Positions 1-7,793 of a stretch of 43,878 nucleotides of DNA are shown here, piece by piece. The stretch is from a virus (lineage: Duplodnaviria > Caudoviricetes). How positions within the stretch are numbered: position 1 is the first letter of the stretch; every line of letters starts with the position of its first letter. The DNA lies in IMG/VR virus record IMGVR_UViG_3300037462_000290, positions 1 to 43,878 of that record; one strand, 5' to 3'. The position numbers were made by a program, and so were the translations under genes. A model generated the notes under the pieces. It saw nothing but the letters and a program-made list of their open reading frames with translations. It did no database searches and was not told the origin of the DNA.

Positions 1-52
1 CTGTGGGGTGACGCCGTAGCGCTCGGCCAGCAGGCGGGCGAGCTCGGGCGTG
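1..52. repeat. Left copy of 52-bp imperfect terminal direct repeat (partner 43827-43878)
   Basis: 1-52 matches 43827-43878 at 49/52 positions (differences at 4, 43, 45). Confidence 0.9.
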
Positions 53-384
53 CGGGTGCGGCCCTTGGCGCGGATCTCGGTGACGTCGGCCGGCGTCAGC
101 ACGGTGTTGTTGCCGCCGCGGTTGGCGTGGGCCTGAAAGGTCACGTACAGGTGCATCGGGTTGACGCACATGCGGTTGCCGCAGCGCGAAGCCACGACCA
201 GGCCGTCGGGGATGGGCCCCAGCAGCTGGGTGTAGATCCAGCGCCGGGCCGGTACCGGCTGGCCGCCGAACTGCTTGACGGGGTAGCCGTCGGCGGTGGC
301 GCGGCCGATCCACTCCCAGCAGGCGTCGCCGGACTTGGGCAGCTTGACCAGGGGTTTGAGGGTGATGCCGGGTTGGTGGCTCAT
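1..384 (-). CDS. HNH-family protein with C-terminal HTH, N-terminal part (continues at 43826-43713 across the end junction)
   Basis: Manual translation from ATG 384: MSHQPGITLKPLVKLPKSGDACWEWIG...RRWIYTQLLGPIPDGLVVASRCGNRMCVNPMHL...LARLLAERYGVTPQ; CWEW and CxNxxCVNPxHL are typical of phage HNH_3 proteins. Absent from the ORF track because it runs off the edge. Confidence 0.8.
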   Translation of the reverse strand, partial: MSHQPGITLKPLVKLPKSGDACWEWIGRATADGYPVKQFGGQPVPARRWIYTQLLGPIPDGLVVASRCGNRMCVNPMHLYVTFQAHANRGGNNTVLTPADVTEIRAKGRTRTPELARLLAERYGVTPQ

Positions 385-572
385 GCGGCTTGGCCTTGTT
401 CGAGCTCGAGGGCTTTGGCGAGGTAGTAGTCGTGCCGCTGGCGCTGCTCGGTCGGGGTGTAGTGCGAGTCGACCAGGGCGCGCGCGGCGGCGTCGCGGTA
501 GTGCTTCGCGGTGGCGCGGGTGTCGGGCAGCGGCAGGGGCTGCTGCTTCATGCGGCGGGCGGCGGTGGTCAT
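381..572 (-). CDS. Hypothetical phage protein (63 aa)
   Basis: MTTAARRMKQQPL...QGQAA; ATGA-coupled to both neighbours. Confidence 0.65.
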   Translation of the reverse strand: MTTAARRMKQQPLPLPDTRATAKHYRDAAARALVDSHYTPTEQRQRHDYYLAKALELEQGQAA

Positions 573-1423
573 GCGATCAACCTGCCTTGCTGCTGGGCCT
601 CGGCGGCTTGGGGGTTGAGCCAGATCGATTCGATGCGCAAGGCGCTGCCGTTCTGGCCAGAGGCGGCGCGGCTGGTTTTGTCGAGGCGCAGCCAGCCGCG
701 CAGGGTGTCGTGGTAGAGCTCGCTGGCGTAGCCGCAGAGCATCACCAGGCCGCGCAGGCCCTGGGCGGCGGCCAGCAGTTCGGCGTGGTCGGCGTCGGTC
801 ATTTCGTGGCGGTAGGCGGTGGTGCGCGTGGCGCCGCGCGGCTTGCTGCGCGTCGCGTGCATGTAGGGCGGATCCACGAAGTGCAGGGTGTCGTCGGCGT
901 CGTGGTCTGCCATCACCTGCAGGGCTGGGCGCTGCTCGATCAGCACGCCCTGCATGCGCTGGGCGACGGCGGCGAGGTGAGCGGGGTACTTGACCCAATC
1001 GACCTGCACGGACTGGCCGTAGCGCTCGCGGGTGTAGGTGCGGAAGCCGGTGGTCTGCTTGGTGGCGCCGGCGCTGCCGAAACCCATCTGCGCGCGGATG
1101 CATGTGCGGCGGGCGCGCTCTATCGGAGATTCCGCCGGCTGCCATGCCAGCTCGAACTCGGCGCGGGCGTAGGGGGTGAGCTCGATCTGGCGAATCAGTT
1201 CGGCGCAGGCCTGAGCGTCGCGCACCACGCGGAAGAAGTTGACCATGTCGCCGTCGAGGTTGTTGTAGACCTCGACTTCCGCGCGCGGCTTGCGCAGCAG
1301 CACGCCGGCCGCGCCGCCGTAGGGCTCGACGTAGCAGCGGTGCGCCGGCAGCAGCGGCAGGATCCAGTCGGCCAGGCGGAACTTGCTGCCGTGGTAGCGC
1401 ATGGCGGGGCGGGTGATGGTCAT
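569..1423 (-). CDS. DNA adenine methyltransferase, Dam/D12 class
   Basis: MTITRPAMRYHGSK start; motifs YHGSK, VEPYGGAAGV, catalytic VDPPY, IESIWLN. Confidence 0.9.
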   Translation of the reverse strand: MTITRPAMRYHGSKFRLADWILPLLPAHRCYVEPYGGAAGVLLRKPRAEVEVYNNLDGDMVNFFRVVRDAQACAELIRQIELTPYARAEFELAWQPAESPIERARRTCIRAQMGFGSAGATKQTTGFRTYTRERYGQSVQVDWVKYPAHLAAVAQRMQGVLIEQRPALQVMADHDADDTLHFVDPPYMHATRSKPRGATRTTAYRHEMTDADHAELLAAAQGLRGLVMLCGYASELYHDTLRGWLRLDKTSRAASGQNGSALRIESIWLNPQAAEAQQQGRLIA

Positions 1424-1710
1424 GCGGCGGCGCTTCCGGGCTTGCGCGGCGGGGCGTCGGGGCGGGGTAGGGCGGGTTGCCAGTCGAGGGTGCACAGCAT
1501 CGCGATCGCGCGGTTTTGCATGCGGCGCGCCTCCTGCTCGAAGAGCCATGCCTTCACCGCGCGGCCGCGGATCTCGCGCAGGCGGAAGTCGGGATGCAGG
1601 TGCAGGCCCGCGTTGCGCACCTTCGCCTGGTACTGCGCGCGGCGGTCGACGGTGCGGACTTCGAACGGCACGGCGATCTGGTCGGTGATGACTCGACGGG
1701 TGAGGCTCAC
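1420..1710 (-). CDS. Hypothetical protein
   Basis: Fills the operon with 4-nt overlaps; probable GTG start at 1710. Confidence 0.6.
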   Translation of the reverse strand: MSLTRRVITDQIAVPFEVRTVDRRAQYQAKVRNAGLHLHPDFRLREIRGRAVKAWLFEQEARRMQNRAIAMLCTLDWQPALPRPDAPPRKPGSAAA

Positions 1711-2246
1711 GGCTCGCACCCTCGCCCGGTGAGGCCCGGGTCTGCGGGGTCAGTGAAGTCCTGCCATGGCACCCAGCCGCGCTGCGGGCAGTGGAAGCCC
1801 CAGGCGCGGACGGTGGGGCCGGTGGCGAAGAGGGTGAAGCAGGTGACGGTCTGATGCTGAGGGATCTGCGACACGTCGGCGCCATCGCGCACGGTGCCGG
1901 GTCGCGTCACCCAGTGCTTGTGCAGCTCGATCCGGTGCGCGCGGCGCGGGCCGCTGATGGCGAGGCTGCCGGCGGGGCGCCAGCGGCGGTGGTGGATGCC
2001 GCCGGCGGCGATGGTGTGTTCGTAGTAGCCGCCGGCCAGCACCAGGCTGCACCACGCCCACGGGTGATCGTGCAAGGCGCGGTCGTCGTCGTCGCGCAGG
2101 AAGTGGTGCAGGTACAGGTTGAAGATGCGGTTGCGCGGCAGCACGTGCCAGCGGCGCAGGTAGGGCGCATTGGCGCCGCCGATGATGACGTCGGGCGGGC
2201 GGCGGGTGATGCGGCGGATGAGGGCTTCGGCGAGGCGGCGCATCAC
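1707..2246 (-). CDS. Conserved phage protein, cupin-like (LHDHPW motif)
   Basis: YLRRW...NLYLHHFLRDDDDRALHDHPW..S.VL.GGYYE..AHRIEL..TLFATGP..AWGF pattern of a His-rich phage cupin-like family. Confidence 0.7.
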   Translation of the reverse strand: MMRRLAEALIRRITRRPPDVIIGGANAPYLRRWHVLPRNRIFNLYLHHFLRDDDDRALHDHPWAWCSLVLAGGYYEHTIAAGGIHHRRWRPAGSLAISGPRRAHRIELHKHWVTRPGTVRDGADVSQIPQHQTVTCFTLFATGPTVRAWGFHCPQRGWVPWQDFTDPADPGLTGRGCEP

Positions 2247-3106
2247 GGTTGCACCTCCGGGCGCGGCTCGCACCTCCACCCACGCCTGATGTCGCTTGGC
2301 TCGTAATCCAGCCAGAAAACTGAGCCGTCCTGCCACTCTGCCCGCCACTTTGCAGACTCTGGCGCCCCCTCCCAGCGCTTCAGGTAAGCCGCCCGCTCAG
2401 GGTCAACCGCTGGCGTCGGGCGCGGCTCGCAGCGGACGGAGCCGAGGATTCCTTTCGGCGCAGGCTCTGCCCTGCCTTCGTCGATAATCCAACCGACTAC
2501 TATGTGGTTGTAGGGCTTGCGGTCGAACCATGTCGCCTGACCGTCGTCGTCTTCTGCGACGAAATCCGCCCACTCCGGCGCCCCCTCCCAGCGCTTCAGG
2601 TACGCGGCGCGGTCGAGGTCAACCGCTGCCTGCGGTCTTGGCTCGCAGGCGACGCGGCCGAGGATTGACGTAGGCGCAGGCCTCAAATATGGGTCACCGA
2701 TCCACGTCTTGTGCCCGTCGCCCTCTGTGCATAGCCTCGGCTCTGCTGTCCACCAGTCGGCAAGGCCATTGCTGTCCTCGCTCAAATGCGTCGCCTCAGC
2801 CGGCGCGTTCGCCCAGCGGGCGAGGTAGGCGGCGTCAGGCTGCTGGGGGCCGGTGTAGAGATTGAAGGCGGTGACGGGCATGGGCGGCTGTTGCATGTTC
2901 GCCAACGCGCGCAGAAGCTGATCGGCCATCCACGCCGCTTCCTCACGCGTGTCGAAGTCGACATGCCCGTTGATGCGGAAGCTCTGTGCGCCGATCTTGA
3001 GCGTCAGCGTGTGCGCGTCTGGCGTGCCAGGGCAAACGATGGGGCTGATCAACAGTTCGGGCGTGGGGCGCTGCGCGGTCTGGTCGGTCTTTCCGGGGGT
3101 GCTCAT
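2243..3106 (-). CDS. Hypothetical protein with three internal AAYLxRWxxAP repeats
   Basis: 287-aa ORF with three related units of about 75 aa, ATGA-coupled. Confidence 0.75.
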   Translation of the reverse strand: MSTPGKTDQTAQRPTPELLISPIVCPGTPDAHTLTLKIGAQSFRINGHVDFDTREEAAWMADQLLRALANMQQPPMPVTAFNLYTGPQQPDAAYLARWANAPAEATHLSEDSNGLADWWTAEPRLCTEGDGHKTWIGDPYLRPAPTSILGRVACEPRPQAAVDLDRAAYLKRWEGAPEWADFVAEDDDGQATWFDRKPYNHIVVGWIIDEGRAEPAPKGILGSVRCEPRPTPAVDPERAAYLKRWEGAPESAKWRAEWQDGSVFWLDYEPSDIRRGWRCEPRPEVQP

Positions 3107-3774
3107 GCGGCGGCCTGCTCGGGCTTCTCGGCGGCCTTGGCTGCGTCGTACTGCTGGATGCCCCAGGCGATGGCGTAGCAGGCCCAGACAAAGCTATGGG
3201 CGTAGCTCCTGAAGTCGTGATCCCACAGGTCGGAGAACCTGTAGCGCGTCTGGCCTATGCGGAAACTCCACTCGTTGGCGCACCGGTAGGCGTGGTGTTC
3301 GTCATCCGTGTCGATGTCAGACAGCAGCTCGCGCAGGTCTTCGAGCATTGCCGCGCGGTGCTCTTTGTCGTGGCCGTCGGCTTTGGCTTCGCGCAGCAGA
3401 TCCTTTCCTTGCCGGCGCACGATGGCAGCGAACTTCTCTCGGTCGAACTCCGTTGCGCCGTCGCTCGGGTGGCGGCCGCTGCAGTCGCACGCCGTCAGCT
3501 TTTCGGACCAGTAGCTCAGGTTGATGTGCAGGCCCGGGCCGTATCTCTCAGGCGTGCGGAAGAACTCGAACATGTCGCGCAGGCGGGTGAAGGTCCAGGC
3601 GCCCATGTCGCCGGTGATCATCAGGTAGCCGGGCACGGTGGTGAGGTTGAAGCTCAAGTGGTTGGTGCCTGGCCGTGCGAAGCGGATGTGCCGCACTTCG
3701 CCAGCTTCGTGGACGATGGTCATCTGGTGCTGTGCGACGTCGCGCAGGAATGTCGCTTCGGTGAGTTGGTTCAT
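3103..3774 (-). CDS. Conserved hypothetical phage protein
   Basis: 223-aa ORF with natural composition (FLRDVAQHQM...ITGDMGAWTF.RL.DMFEFFR...INLSYWSEKL). Confidence 0.75.
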   Translation of the reverse strand: MNQLTEATFLRDVAQHQMTIVHEAGEVRHIRFARPGTNHLSFNLTTVPGYLMITGDMGAWTFTRLRDMFEFFRTPERYGPGLHINLSYWSEKLTACDCSGRHPSDGATEFDREKFAAIVRRQGKDLLREAKADGHDKEHRAAMLEDLRELLSDIDTDDEHHAYRCANEWSFRIGQTRYRFSDLWDHDFRSYAHSFVWACYAIAWGIQQYDAAKAAEKPEQAAA

Positions 3775-3971
3775 CGTGCAGCCCTCGCAATGCCCACGGC
3801 GCGCGCTGCCGTGGTGACGCCGACGCGGTGGGTGGTGGTGATGTCCTGCACCAGCAGGCCGGTGCTCAGCCGCAGCACGTCGCGGTGCTGCAGCAGGCGG
3901 TCGGCGATGGCGCGGGCGGTGGGGTGGTGGCGCTTCCAGTCGCCCTTGGGCGGGATCGTGCGCACCTTCAT
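3771..3971 (-). CDS. Hypothetical protein (66 aa)
   Basis: MKVRTIPPKG...; ATGA-coupled. Confidence 0.55.
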   Translation of the reverse strand: MKVRTIPPKGDWKRHHPTARAIADRLLQHRDVLRLSTGLLVQDITTTHRVGVTTAARAVGIARAAR

Positions 3972-4222
3972 GCCTGCGGCCTCACGTAGGCCCAGGCGGG
4001 CTGGCCGACGGTGCCGCTGTAGTGGCGCACGCGCTGGACAAGGCCGCGGCGCCACAAGCGCTGCAGCAGTTCGGCGGCGTAGGCCTCGCTGTGGCCGGTG
4101 AGGTCGGCGACGGTGCTGGCCAGCGTGGGCACGCCGCGCTGCAGCAGGCGCAGCACGCGGTCGGCGGCGGTGTCGGGCCGGGCGGGGGTGCGCAGCGCGG
4201 TGGTGAGGGCGGCGGCGGTCAT
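3968..4222 (-). CDS. Small winged-helix-like DNA-binding protein
   Basis: RVLRLLQ...TVADLTGHSEAYAAELLQRLWRRGLVQR fits a wHTH pattern. Confidence 0.6.
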   Translation of the reverse strand: MTAAALTTALRTPARPDTAADRVLRLLQRGVPTLASTVADLTGHSEAYAAELLQRLWRRGLVQRVRHYSGTVGQPAWAYVRPQA

Positions 4223-4569
4223 GCCGCCACCTGCTGCGCCCGCGGCGCGGTGAGGTTGAGGTCGCCGTCGCGCAGCCAGGCGGCGTAGCGGTCGCACCAT
4301 TCGCGGGCGGGGCTGATGTGGAGCGGGTCGAGGGTGATGGCGCAGTGGCCCAGCCACAGCTGGGGGCGGTCCGGCATGACAAAGGTGACGGTGGTAGAGC
4401 GGCCGAGGGTGCGCTGGGTGGTGCGCATCAGGGTCTGGTCGATGTTGGCCTTCGGCTTGATGTCGATGGTCAGCTCGAAGGGGTCGTTGGGCTGGACCGC
4501 GATCTGCACGTACACGTCGCCATAGGTGTACGACAGGGTCAGGCGGCCGGGGTGGTCGGGGCGGCTCAT
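4219..4569 (-). CDS. Hypothetical protein
   Basis: MSRPDHPGRLTLSYTYG...QQVAA; ATGA-coupled. Confidence 0.6.
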   Translation of the reverse strand: MSRPDHPGRLTLSYTYGDVYVQIAVQPNDPFELTIDIKPKANIDQTLMRTTQRTLGRSTTVTFVMPDRPQLWLGHCAITLDPLHISPAREWCDRYAAWLRDGDLNLTAPRAQQVAA

Positions 4570-4715
4570 GCGCGCGGGCCCTGGCGGTGCAGCCTGCGGC
4601 TCACGCGGTCGAAGTCGGCCAAGCCCAGCGCGTAGCCGATGAGGCACCCCAGCAGCAGGGTGATGCCGGCGCCGATCGCAATCTCGGCGGTGGTGATCTG
4701 CAGGACGGTGCTCAT
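4566..4715 (-). CDS. Small single-TM membrane protein
   Basis: IAIGAGITLLLGCLIGYALGL hydrophobic helix followed by a basic tail. Confidence 0.55.
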   Translation of the reverse strand: MSTVLQITTAEIAIGAGITLLLGCLIGYALGLADFDRVSRRLHRQGPRA

Positions 4716-5059
4716 GCCGCGCCACCCCCGTGCCAGCGGTCGTTGTCGCGGGCGTGCAGCTTGGCGAGCGCGATGCCGGCCTGAACCGCGACGGCGGTGC
4801 TGCGGCCCTTGCGGATCTCGCTGGCCACGCGGCCGAGGCATTCCTCGGTCTGCCACTTGCTGAGGTGCAGGTGCTCGCAGCGGGCGGCCACGGCGCGCTT
4901 GGCGGCCGGGTAGCTGCCGCCACGGGTGCGCGGCAGGTCGATCACGTCGGCGGCGCCCAGCTCGGCGCGGGCGTACTTGCGCTTGCGATGGTGCTGGGGC
5001 ATGGCGATCACCTGGGCGATGGGCGCGAGCTCGGGGATGAAAAAGACGGGGGTGTGCAT
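4712..5059 (-). CDS. Hypothetical protein
   Basis: 115-aa ORF in operon with upstream GAGGA RBS. Confidence 0.6.
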   Translation of the reverse strand: MHTPVFFIPELAPIAQVIAMPQHHRKRKYARAELGAADVIDLPRTRGGSYPAAKRAVAARCEHLHLSKWQTEECLGRVASEIRKGRSTAVAVQAGIALAKLHARDNDRWHGGGAA

Positions 5060-5060
5060 G

Positions 5061-5267
5061 TCAGTCCTCGATGTGGGCGTCGTTGGCCCAGCGGTTGCGC
5101 ACGGTGATCAGCGCGATGAGGCCGCCGAAGCCGAGGAAGGCGCCGAGGCACAAGCCGGCGATGCCGCGTGCGCTGGTGAGGGTGTCGTAGCCGTGCAGCA
5201 GCAGGCTGGCGAGCGCGGCGCCGGTGATGAGGCCCAGCCAGAGATTCAGGCTGAAGAGGCGGGTCAT
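5061..5267 (-). CDS. Small two-TM membrane protein
   Basis: MTRLFSLNLWLGLITGAALASLLL...GIAGLCLGAFLGFGGLIALITV. Confidence 0.6.
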   Translation of the reverse strand: MTRLFSLNLWLGLITGAALASLLLHGYDTLTSARGIAGLCLGAFLGFGGLIALITVRNRWANDAHIED

Positions 5268-5851
5268 GCGGCGTGCTCCTGTAGTTGTTGCCGAATCTCG
5301 GCGGCTGTCTTGCCGGCAGTTGCGATGCCCGGTGCCGGCATGCTGTAGATCGCGACTACCTCTTCGGCCGTAAGGCCAAGCGACAGCAGTTGCGATACCC
5401 ATTGCTTCGTGCGTTCGGTGCGGGTGACCTCGCTTTGGCGGCGGTTCCCGGTGCTGCGTCCTGTGGCGACGCGGTCGTCTTTGCAGCGCTCGCAGCAATC
5501 GCTGTCGCGCCACCGGGAGTGCATTTCGTTGCCTTTCGAGGCGCTCTCGTTGCGCAGTTCGTAGCGGCCGCAGTCGCAGCGGGTCACCCAAACCTGCTTG
5601 GCTCCAGGTGCCTGGCAGTACCAGTAGAGGAAGGTGAGAGAGCCAAACCGTTCACCGGTCAGGTTCTCGCAGTGGTCTGGTCGGGCGCCGTAGGGCGCAG
5701 GCGGAGCAAGCATCGTTGCGCGCCTGTGCTTCGGAGATCCTGTTCTCGGCAGGGGCAAGAAGCTGTCGCCTCTGAAGAACGCGACACGTGCCGAAACCTT
5801 GTTGATCGGGACCGGGTGTGTCTTCAGCTCATCCACCGGCATACGGTTCAT
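5264..5851 (-). CDS. Hypothetical protein with a homing-endonuclease-associated Cys-rich module
   Basis: NLTGERFGSLT...WVTRCDCG...CCERC resembles the DLTGxRFGxLT/CxCG module of phage HNH/AP2 proteins. Confidence 0.65.
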   Translation of the reverse strand: MNRMPVDELKTHPVPINKVSARVAFFRGDSFLPLPRTGSPKHRRATMLAPPAPYGARPDHCENLTGERFGSLTFLYWYCQAPGAKQVWVTRCDCGRYELRNESASKGNEMHSRWRDSDCCERCKDDRVATGRSTGNRRQSEVTRTERTKQWVSQLLSLGLTAEEVVAIYSMPAPGIATAGKTAAEIRQQLQEHAA

Positions 5852-6624
5852 GCGGCGTGCTCCAAGGCAGCGGCCGGCTCGCGTGCGCCCGGCATCTGCT
5901 GGGCGATGGCGGTGAGGCCTTTGGGGGTGATGCGCACCTGGCTGCGGATGCGTTCGATCGGTTCGCCGTTGATGCCGGTGGCGCGCACGGTGGTGGCCTT
6001 GTGTTCAAGCTGGCCGGCCTGCACGCGGTGCTGGTAGCCCAGCCAGTCGCGGGCGCCGTGGCGGCGGTAGATCCAGGTGTTGAGGTGCAGCCAGTCGAAC
6101 AGGGCCGTCGGGCGCACGCCAAGATGCTTGGCGGCGTCGGTGATGCACAGGCTGCCGCTGGCGGTGGCGATGCGGTCGAGGGCGGCGGCCTTGGGTTCGA
6201 GCACGGCGACAGTGGCGCGGGCTTCCGCAAGCTCCGTCTCGGCGTCCAGGATCATCTGTGCCAGCTGGGCGCGCGGGATGCGGGCGAGGTCCAGCTTCGG
6301 CGCCTTCGCCCGGCGCTCGCATTCGAGGAAGTACTCGCGCGCTTCGAAACCGCGCTCGGTGCCGGACATCATGGCGATGTGCTTGGCAGCGTCGACGGTG
6401 AGCGCGAAGTCAGTGCGAGGCCGGCCGCCGCGGGGGTTTTCCCCCTGCTGGGGGGAAACCTCGATGAAGTCGCGGCCGCGGCGCAGGCGGGCGCGCTCGA
6501 CTTGGGCGCGGAACCAGTCGCTGAAGTCCTTGGCAACTTCGAGGAAGCCGTGCAGCTGGCGAGCGTCCACGGTGTCAACGGTGGTGTCGCCGATGGCAGC
6601 AGCGGTAATGGCAAGCGCGGTCAT
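5848..6624 (-). CDS. ant: Phage antirepressor (AntA/AntB N-terminal domain plus KilAC/ANT C-terminal domain)
   Basis: TVDARQLHGFLEVAKDFSDW...AKHIAMM...AREYFLECE, then PKAAALDRIA...CITDAAKHL...LFDWL...QVRITPKGL. Confidence 0.9.
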   Translation of the reverse strand: MTALAITAAAIGDTTVDTVDARQLHGFLEVAKDFSDWFRAQVERARLRRGRDFIEVSPQQGENPRGGRPRTDFALTVDAAKHIAMMSGTERGFEAREYFLECERRAKAPKLDLARIPRAQLAQMILDAETELAEARATVAVLEPKAAALDRIATASGSLCITDAAKHLGVRPTALFDWLHLNTWIYRRHGARDWLGYQHRVQAGQLEHKATTVRATGINGEPIERIRSQVRITPKGLTAIAQQMPGAREPAAALEHAA

Positions 6625-6628
6625 GCGG

Positions 6629-7051
6629 TCACCTCGGTGGGGCGAAGGGGCGGGTGTGGCGCGGGGCCTGAATGCGCAGCCAGCACATGGCCTGCAACGT
6701 GAAGTTGCGCGGCAGCTCGAAGTACGTGTCGCCGATGTGCAGCTCATCGGTCAGCGCGTTGGGGCGGCGCACGGCGGCGAGGTCGCCCATGTGCTGCAGC
6801 AGCAGGCGGGTGCCGGCAATGACGCGGTCAAGGTTCACGGTGTGCTGCTCGGCAGTGATCTCAATGCCGGCGCTGTCGCGGTGCACGCGGAGGCTGAGGC
6901 GGCCGGCGCGGTTGCCGATGTGCAGGCCCACCTGGCCGGCGTAGCGGTCGCGCAGCACCGCCTGGTGCAAGGGGTCGATGCCGTAGAAGGTGTGGCCGTC
7001 CTGCGTCCAGCCCGGTTCGTAGGCGGGCGTGCTCGGAGTGGGGGTGCTCAT
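6629..7051 (-). CDS. Hypothetical protein
   Basis: 140-aa ORF in the left operon. Confidence 0.6.
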   Translation of the reverse strand: MSTPTPSTPAYEPGWTQDGHTFYGIDPLHQAVLRDRYAGQVGLHIGNRAGRLSLRVHRDSAGIEITAEQHTVNLDRVIAGTRLLLQHMGDLAAVRRPNALTDELHIGDTYFELPRNFTLQAMCWLRIQAPRHTRPFAPPR

Positions 7052-7269
7052 GCCGCCACCTGCACGCCGCGCAGGCGGATCCAGTCGAGCGCGATGCGCT
7101 GCAGGTCTTCGGGGCCTTTGTTGCCCAAGATCGCCAGCGCCATCGTGTCGCCTTTGCCTTCAAGCCGGCCGATGAGGTGGCCGCTTTCGGCGCCGCCGAT
7201 GGGGGTACCGGCGGGGCTGTTGGTTTCCAGCAGGCGCTGGGCCAGTGTGTCGAGGTCGGCCGGGCTCAT
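7048..7269 (-). CDS. Hypothetical protein
   Basis: 73-aa ORF, ATGA-coupled. Confidence 0.6.
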   Translation of the reverse strand: MSPADLDTLAQRLLETNSPAGTPIGGAESGHLIGRLEGKGDTMALAILGNKGPEDLQRIALDWIRLRGVQVAA

Positions 7270-7634
7270 GCCGCGGTCCTCGGGCTGTAGCCGGCGGCCA
7301 TGCGGGTCAGGGCGCCGGTGACCTTGGTGCGGATCTCGCCGACCGGCATGGCGTTGCTGCTGCAGCTGACGTGCGCGAGCGGTGCTTGTTCGCCGGCCAG
7401 CAGGGCGTCGAGCTGGGGGTTGGCGTGGGCGTAGACGGGGACCAGCTGCGCGATGTGGCGCGGCGCGGTCAGCGGCTCAAGGCCGGTGCGGGTGCGCTCG
7501 ACGTTGGCGAGGTTGATCTGGGTGCGCAGGTCGGCCAGGGCATCGGCCGGGCGACGCTCGGTGCTGCGGAAGGCGATGGTGCCCACGACGGCGGCAAAGC
7601 CGGTCTGCGGGCCGTTGCTGATGGCTGCGTGCAT
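7266..7634 (-). CDS. Hypothetical protein, first gene of the left early operon
   Basis: GGGAGAG RBS upstream of ATG 7634, just downstream of the PL-like promoter. Confidence 0.65.
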   Translation of the reverse strand: MHAAISNGPQTGFAAVVGTIAFRSTERRPADALADLRTQINLANVERTRTGLEPLTAPRHIAQLVPVYAHANPQLDALLAGEQAPLAHVSCSSNAMPVGEIRTKVTGALTRMAAGYSPRTAA

Positions 7635-7670
7635 GGTGCTCTCCCTGGCCGCGGGGTGCGGCGTGGGGAG

Positions 7671-7734
7671 AGTCTAGCGCGCTTTACTCGGCGCCTGTCA
7701 AGCACTCTTGACGAAAAAGTTCAGCGGGCTTGCC
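7671..7734 (-). promoter_or_regulatory. OL operators and PL-like promoter
   Basis: Three 16-bp GTCAAG-N4-CTTGAC-like sites at 7672-7687, 7697-7712, 7719-7734; minus-strand TTGACA (7701-7696) and TAGACT (7676-7671), 19-bp spacer. Confidence 0.75.
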
Positions 7735-7793
7735 TGCGGCCTGCCGGCGGTGGGCTGTGGCATGCTCGCGCGTAAGCGGGCGAGGGGTGGGCG

